A DNA stretch of 64,000 bases from an uncultured Verrucomicrobiae bacterium (GTDB lineage: Bacteria; Verrucomicrobiota; Verrucomicrobiia; Chthoniobacterales; UBA10450). This document shows, in pieces, positions 29,932 to 40,300 of this stretch. The stretch spans positions 1,632,001 through 1,696,000 of the forward strand of contig CAVWPA010000003.1 in NCBI GenBank assembly GCA_963756875.1, read 5' to 3'. Position 1 is the stretch's first letter. Each line of letters starts with the position of its first letter. The position numbers and the translations under genes are program-made. The notes under the pieces are model-generated. The model made no database searches. It was not told the DNA's origin and saw only the letters and a program-made list of their open reading frames with translations.

Positions 29932-31077
29932 CTAGTATTTTTGCACTGTCGGATCGATTTCGTCGGTCCATGCGTCGATTCCGCCGGTGAGATTGAAAAC
30001 GTTGGTGAATCCGGCGCGCCGCAACAATTCGACTGCTCGCGCGCTGCGCATCCCGGTGTGGCAGTGAAGGATCGTTTGAGCGTTCCGCTCAATTTCGTCC
30101 AAACGGCTGCTCAATTCTCCCAACGGGATCAGGCTCGAGCCATCGATCCGGGCGATTTCGTATTCGAACGGTTCGCGCACATCAACCAACTGGATCTTTT
30201 CCTGCGCGTCGAATTTCCGCTTTAATTCCTGCACGGAAATCGCAGGCACTTCTGCAGTTGCCTGGCAAAACTGTTCGTAGTCGATGGGCGACGTGATTGT
30301 TGGGTTTTCGCCGCAAACGGGACATTGGGGATCGCGACGCACATTGAATTCGCGAAACTTCATTTTTAATGCGTCGAAGTTCAGGAACCGTCCGACCAGT
30401 GGTTCACCGATTCCCAAAACGAGTTTGATCGCTTCGATTGCCTGGACCAGTCCGATAATTCCCGGCAGCACGCCGAGTACGCCGGCTTGCGCACAATTCG
30501 GAACGCTCTCCGGCGGCGGCGGATCGGGAAACAAGCAGCGGTAACAGGGGCCTCCAAGGTGTGGCGCGAACACAGTGCTTTGGCCGTCAAACCGAAACAC
30601 CGCCCCGTAAATGTTCGGTTTGCGCTCAAAAACGCACACATCGTTCGATAAGTAACGCGTCGGAAAATTGTCCGAGCCGTCCACTACCACGTCGTAATTG
30701 GCGACGAGGCTGGAGGCGTTCCTTGCCGAGAACTGGCAATCGTGCAGCTCGATTTCAACGTTCGGGTTCGTGTCGTGCAACCGGTCGCGCGCCGAGTCCA
30801 GTTTTTTCCGGCCAACATCTTTTGTTCCGTGCAGAATCTGGCGCTGCAAATTCGAGGAATCGACGTTATCAAAATCGACGATTCCAATCGTGCCGACACC
30901 GGCGGCGGCGAGATACAACGCCGCAGGCGAGCCCAGGCCTCCGGCGCCGATGCACAGGACCCGCGCGGCCTTCAGACGTCGCTGTCCCTCCATGCCCACT
31001 TCAGGCATGATCAGGTGGCGCGAGTAACGGATTCGTTCCTCCTGGCTCAGAGATTCCGTGTCGGGACGATTGCGCAT
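29932..31077 (-). CDS. moeB: Molybdopterin-synthase adenylyltransferase MoeB/MoeZ (ThiF + rhodanese)
   Basis: RYSRH, GAGGLG, SNLQRQ, CYRC, CPVC, DVREPFE, CHTGMRS. Confidence 0.93.
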   Translation of the reverse strand: MRNRPDTESLSQEERIRYSRHLIMPEVGMEGQRRLKAARVLCIGAGGLGSPAALYLAAAGVGTIGIVDFDNVDSSNLQRQILHGTKDVGRKKLDSARDRLHDTNPNVEIELHDCQFSARNASSLVANYDVVVDGSDNFPTRYLSNDVCVFERKPNIYGAVFRFDGQSTVFAPHLGGPCYRCLFPDPPPPESVPNCAQAGVLGVLPGIIGLVQAIEAIKLVLGIGEPLVGRFLNFDALKMKFREFNVRRDPQCPVCGENPTITSPIDYEQFCQATAEVPAISVQELKRKFDAQEKIQLVDVREPFEYEIARIDGSSLIPLGELSSRLDEIERNAQTILHCHTGMRSARAVELLRRAGFTNVFNLTGGIDAWTDEIDPTVQKY

Positions 31078-31109
31078 ATAATCAATAGTTTAGCACGCCT
31101 TTGAAGCGT

Positions 31110-31195
31110 TTGGAGGGCGTCCGCGCAGCTTGCCCTGAGCCCGCCGAACGGGGCGCCCACAAATATTGGGACACGACGGCGCGTGTCCCTCCAGG
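31110..31195. repeat. TGGAGGG...CCCTCCA REP-like element; related copy at about 29835-29930 on the other side of moeB
   Basis: aatattgggacacgacggcgcgtgtccctcca vs aatatttgggagacgacggcgtgtgtccctcca. Confidence 0.7.
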
Positions 31196-31196
31196 A

Positions 31197-31472
31197 TTAT
31201 TTTGACTTCACCAGGCCCCAGTTCATTCCAATGATGCGGTTGTTGTCGAACGGTTTCAACGATTTCGGAAACAGAAGATAGCTTGCACGTTTGCGTTCCT
31301 TGAATCCAACAATGCCAAACTCTGTTCCGGCCTCGCTCTTCTGGACTGTCATCACGCGATTTTTTTTGATCTGCGATTGCAATTGCCGATCCTGGGCCGG
31401 TTTTTGCCACAGCGTATAGACTTCAGGTTTGCCGCATTTCTCTACGACTTGAGTAAAGCGCGCTGTTTTCAC
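31197..31472 (-). CDS. Small basic hypothetical protein
   Basis: GTG start at 31472 avoids overlap with SRP RNA; KTARFTQVVEKCGKPEVYTLW... Confidence 0.6.
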   Translation of the reverse strand: MKTARFTQVVEKCGKPEVYTLWQKPAQDRQLQSQIKKNRVMTVQKSEAGTEFGIVGFKERKRASYLLFPKSLKPFDNNRIIGMNWGLVKSK

Positions 31473-31555
31473 CGTTAAAAGTCTCACGTTGTAGTTAACC
31501 GGCCTGCGGCCGGGTTGGACCGCGCACAACGCGGTGGCTGCAGCCGCAAAAAAAG

Positions 31556-31651
31556 TCCGCCAGAGAACTACGGCAAGGAGGATCAAACTACCGTTGCTGC
31601 ATTCCTGCCCTGGCGGGGTTCGTCAGTCCTCAATCCATAGCCCCTGACGGA
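31556..31651 (-). ncRNA. ffs: Signal recognition particle RNA (4.5S)
   Basis: Minus strand forms one long hairpin (ccgtcaggggctatgg...ccgtagttctctggcgg) with domain IV CAGG-GCA-GGAA-TGC-AGCA, followed by a T-run. Confidence 0.9.
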
Positions 31652-31798
31652 GGCGAAAAGTTCATCGCAAGATGGGCGTTGTGCAATTGAAATGAGGAAT
31701 TAAGAGAAGCCGCTGCTCCAGCCTGTGGAAAATTTCGCTTCTGTAGCGCCAGGATCTGCGCATTGTCCGCGTTGACACGTCACCTCACTTCTGATTGC

Positions 31799-32041
31799 AT
31801 GGCCGTCGTGAAATGGCTGGCTGTTCTATTGCTGATGGCCTTTGTGGTCGTTACGAATTCGTGCACGACACTTGTAAACCGGCGTGACCTTTATAGTCCC
31901 GAGCCGGCACCGAACTCGCGCGAAACAATGCAACGAATGGCGGGAAACGGGCCCGCGGCGGCAACAACGACGACGACAACCACCACCATAACGGCGCCAA
32001 TCGACGGAAGCACGCCGCCGCCACCGGATTTTCGGTACTAG
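31799..32041 (+). CDS. Small lipoprotein
   Basis: Hydrophobic signal ending TNSC; Thr/Pro-rich tail. Confidence 0.65.
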   Translation: MAVVKWLAVLLLMAFVVVTNSCTTLVNRRDLYSPEPAPNSRETMQRMAGNGPAAATTTTTTTTITAPIDGSTPPPPDFRY

Positions 32042-32086
32042 GGCGCGGACTGTAGCGGCGGTCTATGACCGCCGCATTATCGTTTT

Positions 32087-32296
32087 TTAACCAAACGGGA
32101 GGTTCGCTTTGACCCGCGCTTCGTCCGTTTTATGAACGCGCGCCATCTTACTTAAGTGACGTTTCCTTTTTGCGCTCTTGGCCGAAAGCAGATGGCGCCG
32201 GGACGATTGCGCGCGCAACACTTTGCCGCGGGCGGTGATCTTAAATCGTTTGGCGACAGCCTTTCGTGTCTTACTGCGAGAGATGGCTTTGGGCAT
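32087..32296 (-). CDS. rpmI: 50S ribosomal protein L35
   Basis: MPK...KTRKAVAKRFKITARGKVLR...RHLLSAKSAKRKRHL. Confidence 0.95.
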   Translation of the reverse strand: MPKAISRSKTRKAVAKRFKITARGKVLRAQSSRRHLLSAKSAKRKRHLSKMARVHKTDEARVKANLPFG

Positions 32297-32534
32297 GGGA
32301 AGCGGAAGATAATCGCAGCCGCCGCGAGCACAAATTCTTTTGTGGCCGTGTGTCCGGCGGCTGCGAAAGCACCAAATTCCAAGAACCAGGGTCCAGAGAA
32401 GCACCAATTCCCAAGCTCCAAACCCAACCGCGAATCCCTTCGTGATTTTGGGATTTGAAGTTTGGAGTTTCCCTGGAGGTTGCTGCTTAAAATTTGGGAT
32501 TTCCAGTCGCCGCGTCTTATGCACAGATTGTTGT

Positions 32535-33815
32535 ATGCAAGAATCGCAGGCGGCTGTTCCTCATGTGGTCATCGTTGGCGCCGGATTTGGCGGCCTTCAG
32601 GCTGCAAAAAAACTGGTGTGTGAAGAAGTGAGCCTGACGATAATCGACCGCACGAATTACCACCTTTTTCAACCGCTGCTTTATCAGGTGGCCACGGCTG
32701 CGCTTTCACCAGCGGACATCGCGGGCCCGATACGTGCCATTTTGAGCAAATGCGAAAATACGGAGGTAATTCTCGCTGAGGTCGAATCGGTCGATGCCGA
32801 TGCGCGGAAGGTAAAAATGGCTGATGGCGAGATTGCCTACGATTTCCTGATTATCGCAACTGGCGCGCGACATTCTTACTTCGGTCATCCGGAATGGGAA
32901 AAACTGGCGCCGGGACTGAAAAGTTTGGAAGACGCGATAGAAATCCGGCGACGCATCCTGCTGGCGTTTGAATATGCGGAAAAGATCATCGACGAAGCGG
33001 CGCGCAAAGCCGCCATGACATTTGTGATCATTGGCGGCGGTCCGACCGGTGTGGAAATGGCTGGTGCGATTGCCGAGATCTCGCGCTACACCCTGGCAAA
33101 AGATTTTCGTCACATCGATCCGTCGCAAGCGCGCGTCATCCTGGTGGAAGGCCATCCGCGCGTGCTTGCGGCGTTTCCCGAAGACCTGCAGATCAGCGCG
33201 ATGAAACAACTCGGCGATCTGGGCGTGGAAGTTCGAACCGGCACTCACGCGAGCAATGTGACGGAGGAGGGCGTTCAGGCCGGCGAAGAATTTATCCCCT
33301 GTCATGTCAAAATTTGGGCCGCAGGAAACAACGCCTCCTTTGTGGGGAAAGCTTTTGGCAGCCTGGTCGATCGTGTTGGGCGTGTGATCGTGAATGAAGA
33401 TCTTACTGTTGCCGGTCATCCCGAAGTCCAGGTTATCGGGGATCTCGCGAATTTTTCGCATCAAACAGGCGAGCCGCTGCCCGGCCTGTCGCCAGTGGCG
33501 ATGCAGCAGGGACGCCACGCCGCCCGCAACGTTTTGGCGATGATTAATGGCCGCAAACCGGAGCGTTTCCGGTATTGGGACAAAGGCACGATGGCTACCA
33601 TTGGTCGCAACAAAGCGGTCGCCGATTTGCGTTTCGTCCATCTCAGCCGGCTACCGGCGTGGCTGGCATGGTTGTTCGTGCACATCATTTTTCTGGTCGG
33701 TTTTCGTAACCGTCTTCTGGTACTCTTTCAATGGGCCTGGGCTTATCTCTCGTTCAACAAGGGCGCCCGTCTGATTACGCGAAATTTCCAATCCGAACAA
33801 CGCCCGCCGGCGTGA
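32535..33815 (+). CDS. ndh: Type II NADH dehydrogenase
   Basis: VVIVGAGFGG, FQPLLYQVAT, GGGPTGVEMAG, AMQQG, DKGTMATIGR. Confidence 0.92.
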   Translation: MQESQAAVPHVVIVGAGFGGLQAAKKLVCEEVSLTIIDRTNYHLFQPLLYQVATAALSPADIAGPIRAILSKCENTEVILAEVESVDADARKVKMADGEIAYDFLIIATGARHSYFGHPEWEKLAPGLKSLEDAIEIRRRILLAFEYAEKIIDEAARKAAMTFVIIGGGPTGVEMAGAIAEISRYTLAKDFRHIDPSQARVILVEGHPRVLAAFPEDLQISAMKQLGDLGVEVRTGTHASNVTEEGVQAGEEFIPCHVKIWAAGNNASFVGKAFGSLVDRVGRVIVNEDLTVAGHPEVQVIGDLANFSHQTGEPLPGLSPVAMQQGRHAARNVLAMINGRKPERFRYWDKGTMATIGRNKAVADLRFVHLSRLPAWLAWLFVHIIFLVGFRNRLLVLFQWAWAYLSFNKGARLITRNFQSEQRPPA

Positions 33816-33845
33816 GGATGATTAACGAACCTCCAAGTCGTTAAA

Positions 33846-34778
33846 ATGGGAAACGGTTTTCGAATCGCAGTGGTCGGTTCGGGCGCGATTGGAAGCTATT
33901 ACGGCGCAAAGCTCGCGCATGCGGGGAGCGATGTGCATTTCCTGATGCGCGGTGATCTTGATGAAATCAAGCGCAGCGGGCTTCAGATTCGCGGCAGAGG
34001 TGAGAATTTCCGCGTGGGAAAAGTAAATTGTTATCATTCGGCTTCCGAAATAGGCCCGTGCGATTTGGTTTTGATCGCTCTGAAAGCCACAGCTAACGCC
34101 GATCTGGTCGATCTTATTCCGCCATTGCTTCGCGAGCGAACGATGTTGCTAACGTTGCAGAACGGCCTCGGTAACGAGGAATTTCTCGCACACCGCTTCG
34201 GAGCGGAACGCGTTCTGGGCGGCCTTTGTTTTATTTGCCTCAGTCGGACCTCGCAAACGACGGTGGAGCGTTACGACTACGGACATATCGTTCTGGGTGA
34301 GTTTGAACGACCACCGCAATCGCGGACGTACCAGGTCGCGGCCGAATTTCAGCGGGGCGGCGTGGAATGTACGGTGGCCGGGAATCTCGCGCTGGAACGC
34401 TGGCGTAAACTTGTCTGGAATATCCCATTTAATGGGCTGTCGATTTTGGCAGGCGGGATCGATACCGGAGACATTTTGGCTAACGACAATCTGCGGCGGA
34501 TAACGAGGGCGTTGATGGATGAGGTTATTATGGCTGCCAACAAGTGCGGTTATGCGTTGCCTTCCAGTGAGACGGAAGAGCAGATCGAACGCACAGAAAT
34601 GATGGATGGTTACAAACCGTCAACGCTGCGCGATTGGGAAGCGGGGCGGCCGCTCGAGATCGACGCGGTCTGGGGCGAGCCGCTGCGACGCGCCGTTGCG
34701 GCAGGGGCGCAGATGCCCCGATTGGAAATGGTTTATGCGCTTCTCAAAGTGCTCGATGAGGGCGGGCGAAGGAAATGA
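33846..34778 (+). CDS. panE: 2-dehydropantoate 2-reductase
   Basis: GSGAIG, LQNGLGNEE, WRKLVWNIPFN, PLEIDA. Confidence 0.92.
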   Translation: MGNGFRIAVVGSGAIGSYYGAKLAHAGSDVHFLMRGDLDEIKRSGLQIRGRGENFRVGKVNCYHSASEIGPCDLVLIALKATANADLVDLIPPLLRERTMLLTLQNGLGNEEFLAHRFGAERVLGGLCFICLSRTSQTTVERYDYGHIVLGEFERPPQSRTYQVAAEFQRGGVECTVAGNLALERWRKLVWNIPFNGLSILAGGIDTGDILANDNLRRITRALMDEVIMAANKCGYALPSSETEEQIERTEMMDGYKPSTLRDWEAGRPLEIDAVWGEPLRRAVAAGAQMPRLEMVYALLKVLDEGGRRK

Positions 34779-35230
34779 GCGAGAGTCAGGCTTGCATAAC
34801 CACTCCGGAATTCGCGGTGCGAAATTTGCAACGCACCGCGCGAATCAACGTCCGCGATCTGGAAGACTTCGCGCGGCGAGCGGCACGCTTTTGTCTGCAA
34901 TTGTGCAAACATCGACAGACCGAACTGACGAAACTTCGCGAGATTTCAATTTTACTTGTGTCCGATCGCCGCATGGCCTCGTTGCATCGGCGATTCCTTC
35001 ACCAATTGGGGCCGACGGACGTCCTCACATTTCAGCACGGGGAAATTTTCATTAGCGTAGAAATGGCCCGCCGCCATGCACGACGATTTGGGACTTCGCT
35101 CGGCAGGGAGCTGCGACTCTACGTGGTCCACGGCCTCCTGCACCTGCATGGGTTCGACGATCGAAATGAAATTGAAGCGCGAAAGATGAGCGCGATGCAG
35201 AAGCGGATTCTCAACCGCGCAGCTGTTTGA
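34775..35230 (+). CDS. ybeY: rRNA maturation endoribonuclease YbeY
   Basis: PTDVLTF, GEIFIS, HGLLHLHGFD. Confidence 0.92.
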   Translation: MSESQACITTPEFAVRNLQRTARINVRDLEDFARRAARFCLQLCKHRQTELTKLREISILLVSDRRMASLHRRFLHQLGPTDVLTFQHGEIFISVEMARRHARRFGTSLGRELRLYVVHGLLHLHGFDDRNEIEARKMSAMQKRILNRAAV

Positions 35231-35260
35231 ACTGCTTGCCCGCTGTGTTAGCGTTTCTCC

Positions 35261-35641
35261 ATGAGTGGGCAGCCACGTTGGGGTGGGACGGCGATTGCAG
35301 AGAGCGAAAGGCCACCAAGTGCAACAGCCGTTTCCGATGAAAAAGCCAGCCCTTCAACGATCGAAGAGCCGACGATTGAAAAAGAAACGCGCGGCGAAGA
35401 ACAGTTGGATGTTCCCTGGCAGGTGGTGGTGCACAACGATCCAATTAACCTCATGACTTACGTGACAATGGTTTTCCAACGCGTGTTTGGGTACCCGCGC
35501 GAAAAAGCCGAGCGCCACATGCTGGAGGTACACCAGCAAGGGCGCTCAATTTTGTGGTGCGGCATGCGCGAACGGGCGGAGTTATACGTGCAGCAACTTC
35601 ACGGCTATCTCCTGCTGGCTACGCTCGAAAAAACCGGGTGA
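35261..35641 (+). CDS. clpS: Clp protease adaptor ClpS
   Basis: WQVVVHNDPINLMTYV, MLEVHQQG. Confidence 0.92.
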   Translation: MSGQPRWGGTAIAESERPPSATAVSDEKASPSTIEEPTIEKETRGEEQLDVPWQVVVHNDPINLMTYVTMVFQRVFGYPREKAERHMLEVHQQGRSILWCGMRERAELYVQQLHGYLLLATLEKTG

Positions 35642-35642
35642 T

Positions 35643-36146
35643 ATGGAAATTTGCCGGCGAGGTGACCAATTGGAGATATCCGACCTCGACCCGTTCCTGG
35701 CCGAATTGCTGCGACAAATCCCGGCAAGCACCGATCCAGGTGGCGTGCCCGCGGCCAAGGAGCGGCTTTTTAGTTCTCCTGCCGATACGAGCCAAAAGGA
35801 GGCGTGCCGGGAATGGAAACTTTACGTCGAACCGGAATTGCGCCGTCTTTTCCAAAGCGCAACAGAAACAGTGTCCGGCGATCTCGAACAACTGGATGGC
35901 AAGGAGAAATCAGCGGGCCACTGTACGCTCCGGATTCCCACGGAGCATGCCGATGCCTGGCTAAATGCCCTGAATCAGGCGAGACTGGTGATTGCAGCCA
36001 GATGCAATTTTACTGAGGGCGAGTTGTGCGATCACTATCGCTCGCCCATCGGCTCGAGGCGGGATCTGAGTTTGTTTCAGGTAAATTTCTACGGCTTTTT
36101 GCAGGAGTTTATTCTGCGGGAAGTGGCCTGCGGCGGTGAGCTGTAG
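35643..36146 (+). CDS. DUF2017-like protein
   Basis: Follows clpS; ERLF..P, W..YVEPEL, ADAWLNALNQARL. Confidence 0.75.
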   Translation: MEICRRGDQLEISDLDPFLAELLRQIPASTDPGGVPAAKERLFSSPADTSQKEACREWKLYVEPELRRLFQSATETVSGDLEQLDGKEKSAGHCTLRIPTEHADAWLNALNQARLVIAARCNFTEGELCDHYRSPIGSRRDLSLFQVNFYGFLQEFILREVACGGEL

Positions 36147-36274
36147 CCGCCGCACTTTGTCCGGGGCGTTTGCCCCGCATGGCGACGGAGCGCCGCAGCC
36201 GCAAGGTTGCGACATTACAGCTAGCTGCTCGATTAGCGCTGCTGCTGTTGCTTGCGATCTTTGACCATCGCCAT

Positions 36275-36375
36275 TGCGGATCGTCTGCCTCGGCGTCGTT
36301 GCGAAGGACGCGCAAGATGAGAGCTTTCAGGATCCCGCTATAACGGTCATAAAGCTGAGAAAGCGGTTCGCGGGT
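36275..36375 (-). pseudogene. ECF sigma factor region-2 remnant
   Basis: LSQLYDRYSGILKALILRVLRNDAEADD, after which similarity is lost. Confidence 0.55.
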
Positions 36376-36534
36376 TCTCCTTCGATAAACCTTGACCATT
36401 AAAGTAATTCCCCAATACGATCCGATTCATAACGCGAATCACAGCGCACGTGCGCTGCGCGGCCGGCAGAGGAGGGGAAGCGGTTTTGCGCAGGCCGGCG
36501 TTGAAGCTAAAAACTCACGAAAGGAAAATTAACA

Positions 36535-37194
36535 ATGAAATCAATTATTTGCCTAACGATAGGAATCGCACTGAGCTGTCTGGTATCGGCCTTTGCGCAG
36601 GAGGAATCGCCGTCTCCGTCAGGAGAAGAGGGCGCGTCCGCCACCGTGGAAGAAACCTCGACGGCGACTGCGACGCCGGAGAGCACGCCGACAGCAACGC
36701 CTCAGGAAAAGAAGGCTGCTAGTTCGCCAGCGGCCCAAAAGAAAGAGGCGCCTGCTGCTCAGAAGAAAGAATCGGTCGCTGCACATGGGAAGGTTGCCGC
36801 GAAACCGGCAAAGAAAATGAGCGTGGAAGCCGCTTTGAAAGAGATGGAGAACAATTGGGAAGCCGCTTATGGCGCTCATAACGCCTCTGTCCCTCAATCC
36901 TTGATGGCGGACGATTTCGTCGGCGTCTACTGGAATGGCAAGGTCATGAAGAAGTCCAATGTTATTTCGGAGATGAAAAGGGACAAGGACACCTATAAAT
37001 CTGCCGTGAACGAGAAGCTGGCCGTGCGTCAATATGGACCAAACGTGGCGGTGGTTATTGGAACAGCACGTGAGAAAGGGACTGGTAAGGACGGCAAAGC
37101 GTTCGATCGCACATTTCGATTTACCGATACCTGGGTCGAGCGGCATGGCCATTGGCAGTGCGTTTCCAGTCAGGTCATGAAACTTCGCGGATAG
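36535..37194 (+). CDS. Secreted NTF2-like (DUF4440) protein
   Basis: Signal peptide, low-complexity linker, LMADDF, RFTDTWVERHGHWQCV. Confidence 0.85.
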   Translation: MKSIICLTIGIALSCLVSAFAQEESPSPSGEEGASATVEETSTATATPESTPTATPQEKKAASSPAAQKKEAPAAQKKESVAAHGKVAAKPAKKMSVEAALKEMENNWEAAYGAHNASVPQSLMADDFVGVYWNGKVMKKSNVISEMKRDKDTYKSAVNEKLAVRQYGPNVAVVIGTAREKGTGKDGKAFDRTFRFTDTWVERHGHWQCVSSQVMKLRG

Positions 37195-37218
37195 TCGCAC
37201 AAACATCTGATTTATTGC

Positions 37219-37257
37219 GGGAGCGGCCATGCTCGCGTGGCCGCTCCTTCTTTTTTT
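37219..37257 (+). terminator. Rho-independent terminator
   Basis: ggagcggcca-loop-tggccgctcc followed by ttcttttttt. Confidence 0.8.
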
Positions 37258-37395
37258 GCCGAATTGCAATCCGGGGTTTCAGCCCATTTTCCAGCGGGAA
37301 AGGCCGGGAGCCGCGGCGCGTGTGCTCCGATTGACCCCGGGCTTCTCGAAACGCCGTCATTGCGCGGAACGCGTTGTGCGGCAAAGGTTACCCGC

Positions 37396-40300
37396 ATGCC
37401 TGCAGGTAGTGAATCAGGAAGTGATCCTCTTTGGTACAAGGACGCGATCATCTACGAGCTGCACGTTAAGACCTTCCACGATAGCGATGGCGACGGGATG
37501 GGCGATTTCCGCGGCCTGATCGAGAAACTTGATTACCTGCAGGAGCTCGGCATCACCGCTATCTGGCTCCTGCCGTTTTATCCGTCGCCGCTGCGCGATG
37601 ACGGTTATGACATCGCCGATTATTTCAATGTTAATCCAAACTACGGCACACTGGAGGATTTCCGTGCATTTCTCACTGCGGCCCACGGGCGCGGTCTGCG
37701 CGTAATCACCGAGTTGGTGATCAATCACACGTCCGATCAAAACCCCTGGTTCCAAAAATCGCGAAGAGCGCCGGCCGGTTCGAAAGAGCGCGAGTTCTAT
37801 GTCTGGAGCGACACGCCGGAAAAATATCCGGATGCACGCATCATTTTCAAAGACTTCGAAACATCGAATTGGGCCTGGGATCCGCTTGCCAAAGCATACT
37901 ACTGGCACCGTTTCTATTCGCATCAGCCGGATTTGAATTTCGACAACCCGGCCGTTCACGAAGCGGTCCAAAAAGTTCTCGATTTCTGGCTCAGCATGGG
38001 CGTCGACGGCCTCCGGCTCGACGCCATCCCTTACCTTTACGAGCGGGAAGGAACGAATTGCGAAAATCTGCCCGAGACGCACGCGTTTCTCAAAAAACTG
38101 CGCGCGCATGTCGACAAGAAATTTCCGGGGCGCATGCTGCTGGCCGAAGCCAACCAATGGCCTGAAGACGCGGTTCTCTACTTCGGAAATGGGGATGAGT
38201 CGCACATGAATTTCCATTTCCCGCTCATGCCCCGGATGTTCATGTCGTTGCAGATGGAGGACCGATTCCCCATCATGGACATCCTCGATCAGACGCCGCC
38301 GATCCCGGATAACTGCCAGTGGGCCATGTTCCTGCGCAATCACGATGAATTAACCTTGGAGATGGTGACCGATGAGGAACGCGATTACATGTGGCGCGTT
38401 TACGCGAATGATCCACACGCGCGGATTAATCTCGGCATTCGCCGCCGGCTGGCGCCTTTGGTTGCCAATAACCGGCGCAAAATCGAGCTGCTCAACACGA
38501 TGCTTCTCTCTTTGCCGGGCGCGCCGATCATTTACTACGGAGATGAGATCGGCATGGGCGATAACATTTATCTCGGCGACCGCAACGGTTGCCGCACGCC
38601 GATGCAATGGAGCCCCGATCGCAACGCCGGCTTTTCAAAAGCCAATCCACAGCAGCTTCACCTGCCGATCATCATTGACTCCGAATATCATTACGAAGCG
38701 ATCAACGTCGAAAATCAGCAAAAGAATCTCTCCTCATTGCTTTGGTGGATGCGGCGCATCATTGCGATGCGCAAAAATTTCAAATCATTTTCCCGCGGCT
38801 CGCTCGAATTCCTTTATCCGGAGAACCCAAGGATTCTCGCGTTTCTCAGACGGTATGAGAATGAGACGATGATCGTGGTCGTTAATCTTTCGCGCTTCTC
38901 CCAATCGACCGATCTCAATCTCGCTCGCTATGCGGGCTGCAGGCTGATGGAAGTTTTTAGTCAGAACTACTTTCCGCGAATCAAAAAGACGCCCTATCCA
39001 ATTATGCTCGGTCCCCACACGTGTTATTGGTTCGCGGTGCGGTCCCAGCCTGCCGTAGGGCGTGCCGCGCAGAAGAAGCATGTTCCGACGATCGAGGCAG
39101 AGCCGAAACTCGAAGCCCTGCTCGCGAATGAGGTCTGTGCCACTCTGGAGCGAAAAATTCTGCCAGCCTATATTCAAAGCTGTCGATGGTTCGGCTCCAA
39201 AGCGCGGGGGCTCCGCCAGGTGCACGTCGCTGAACGTTGCCCCATTTCAGCCGAGACAGGCGCCGCCCAGATTTGGTTTCTCCAAACGGCGTATTTGGAC
39301 GGCCCTGTCGAGACTTACGCATTCCCCGTCCAAATCACCGCCGGCGACGCCGCGCGGGCGATCATGCAGAGGGCGCCCGGCGCAATCATCGCGCGTTTCA
39401 GCGGGTCGGAGGAAACGGTTTTGCACGACGCGCTTTGGGATTCCAGTTTCCGGGCACAGTTGTTCCGTGCGATCGCCCGCGGCGAGAACCTGAAGGGGCA
39501 GTTCGGCGTGTTGAATGGAAAGCCGGGCAGCGCGCTTTCTGAGGACGGAGCTGCCCAGATTCCTTCTTCGCAGGTATTGCGCGCGGAGCAGAGCAATTCG
39601 TCGATGCTGTTCGAGAACAAATATTTTCTGAAACTCTATCGCAAGCTCGAGGACGGCATGAACCCCGATGTCGAAATCACCCGGTTCCTTACCGAGCGCG
39701 CAAATTTTCCCAATGTGCCGACGTTTCAAGGCGCCCTCGAATATCGCCGCGCAAAATCGCAGCCGACCGTCGTGTGTCTAATGCAGGGCGCGGTCACTGC
39801 GGAAGCCGATGCCTGGACGCTGACTCTCGATGCTGTGGGTCGCTATTACGAGCGCGTACTCGGGCGCAAAGCCGACCTGCAGAACCAAGTCGCTCCATTG
39901 GGTGCGCTCCTGGATGAGTTGATCGGCGGCATCTATCCTGAGAAAGCCAGTTTGCTTGGGCAACGCACCGGTGAATTGCATCGCGCCCTGGCCTCCGTCG
40001 AAGACGATCGGGCATTTGCTCCGGAACCGTTTAACGCCATGTCGCAACGCTCCGCCTATCAAAATATGCGGGCACTTCTACGGCGCAACTTTGACCTGTT
40101 GCAAAAGAAGATTTCCGACTTGCCGGAAACGTTTCGCAACGAAGCGAAACAGGTCCTGGCCTCGGAGAACGATATCCACCAGTGGGAGAAACGTTTGCTA
40201 AATCGAAAGACGAATGCCGCGAAGATTCGCACCCACGGCGATTATCATCTCGGGCAGGTTCTGTACACCGGGAAGGACTTCATCATTCTCGATTTCGAAG

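Noticed and set aside
31473..31586. N-terminal part of ORF 31197-31586
   Set aside because: It overlaps SRP RNA and its terminator; a later GTG start is more plausible.
32297..32534. Extended N-termini for rpmI and ndh (similarly rnd, treS, fabI)
   Set aside because: The extensions run through repeats, terminators or neighbouring genes; homology begins at downstream starts.
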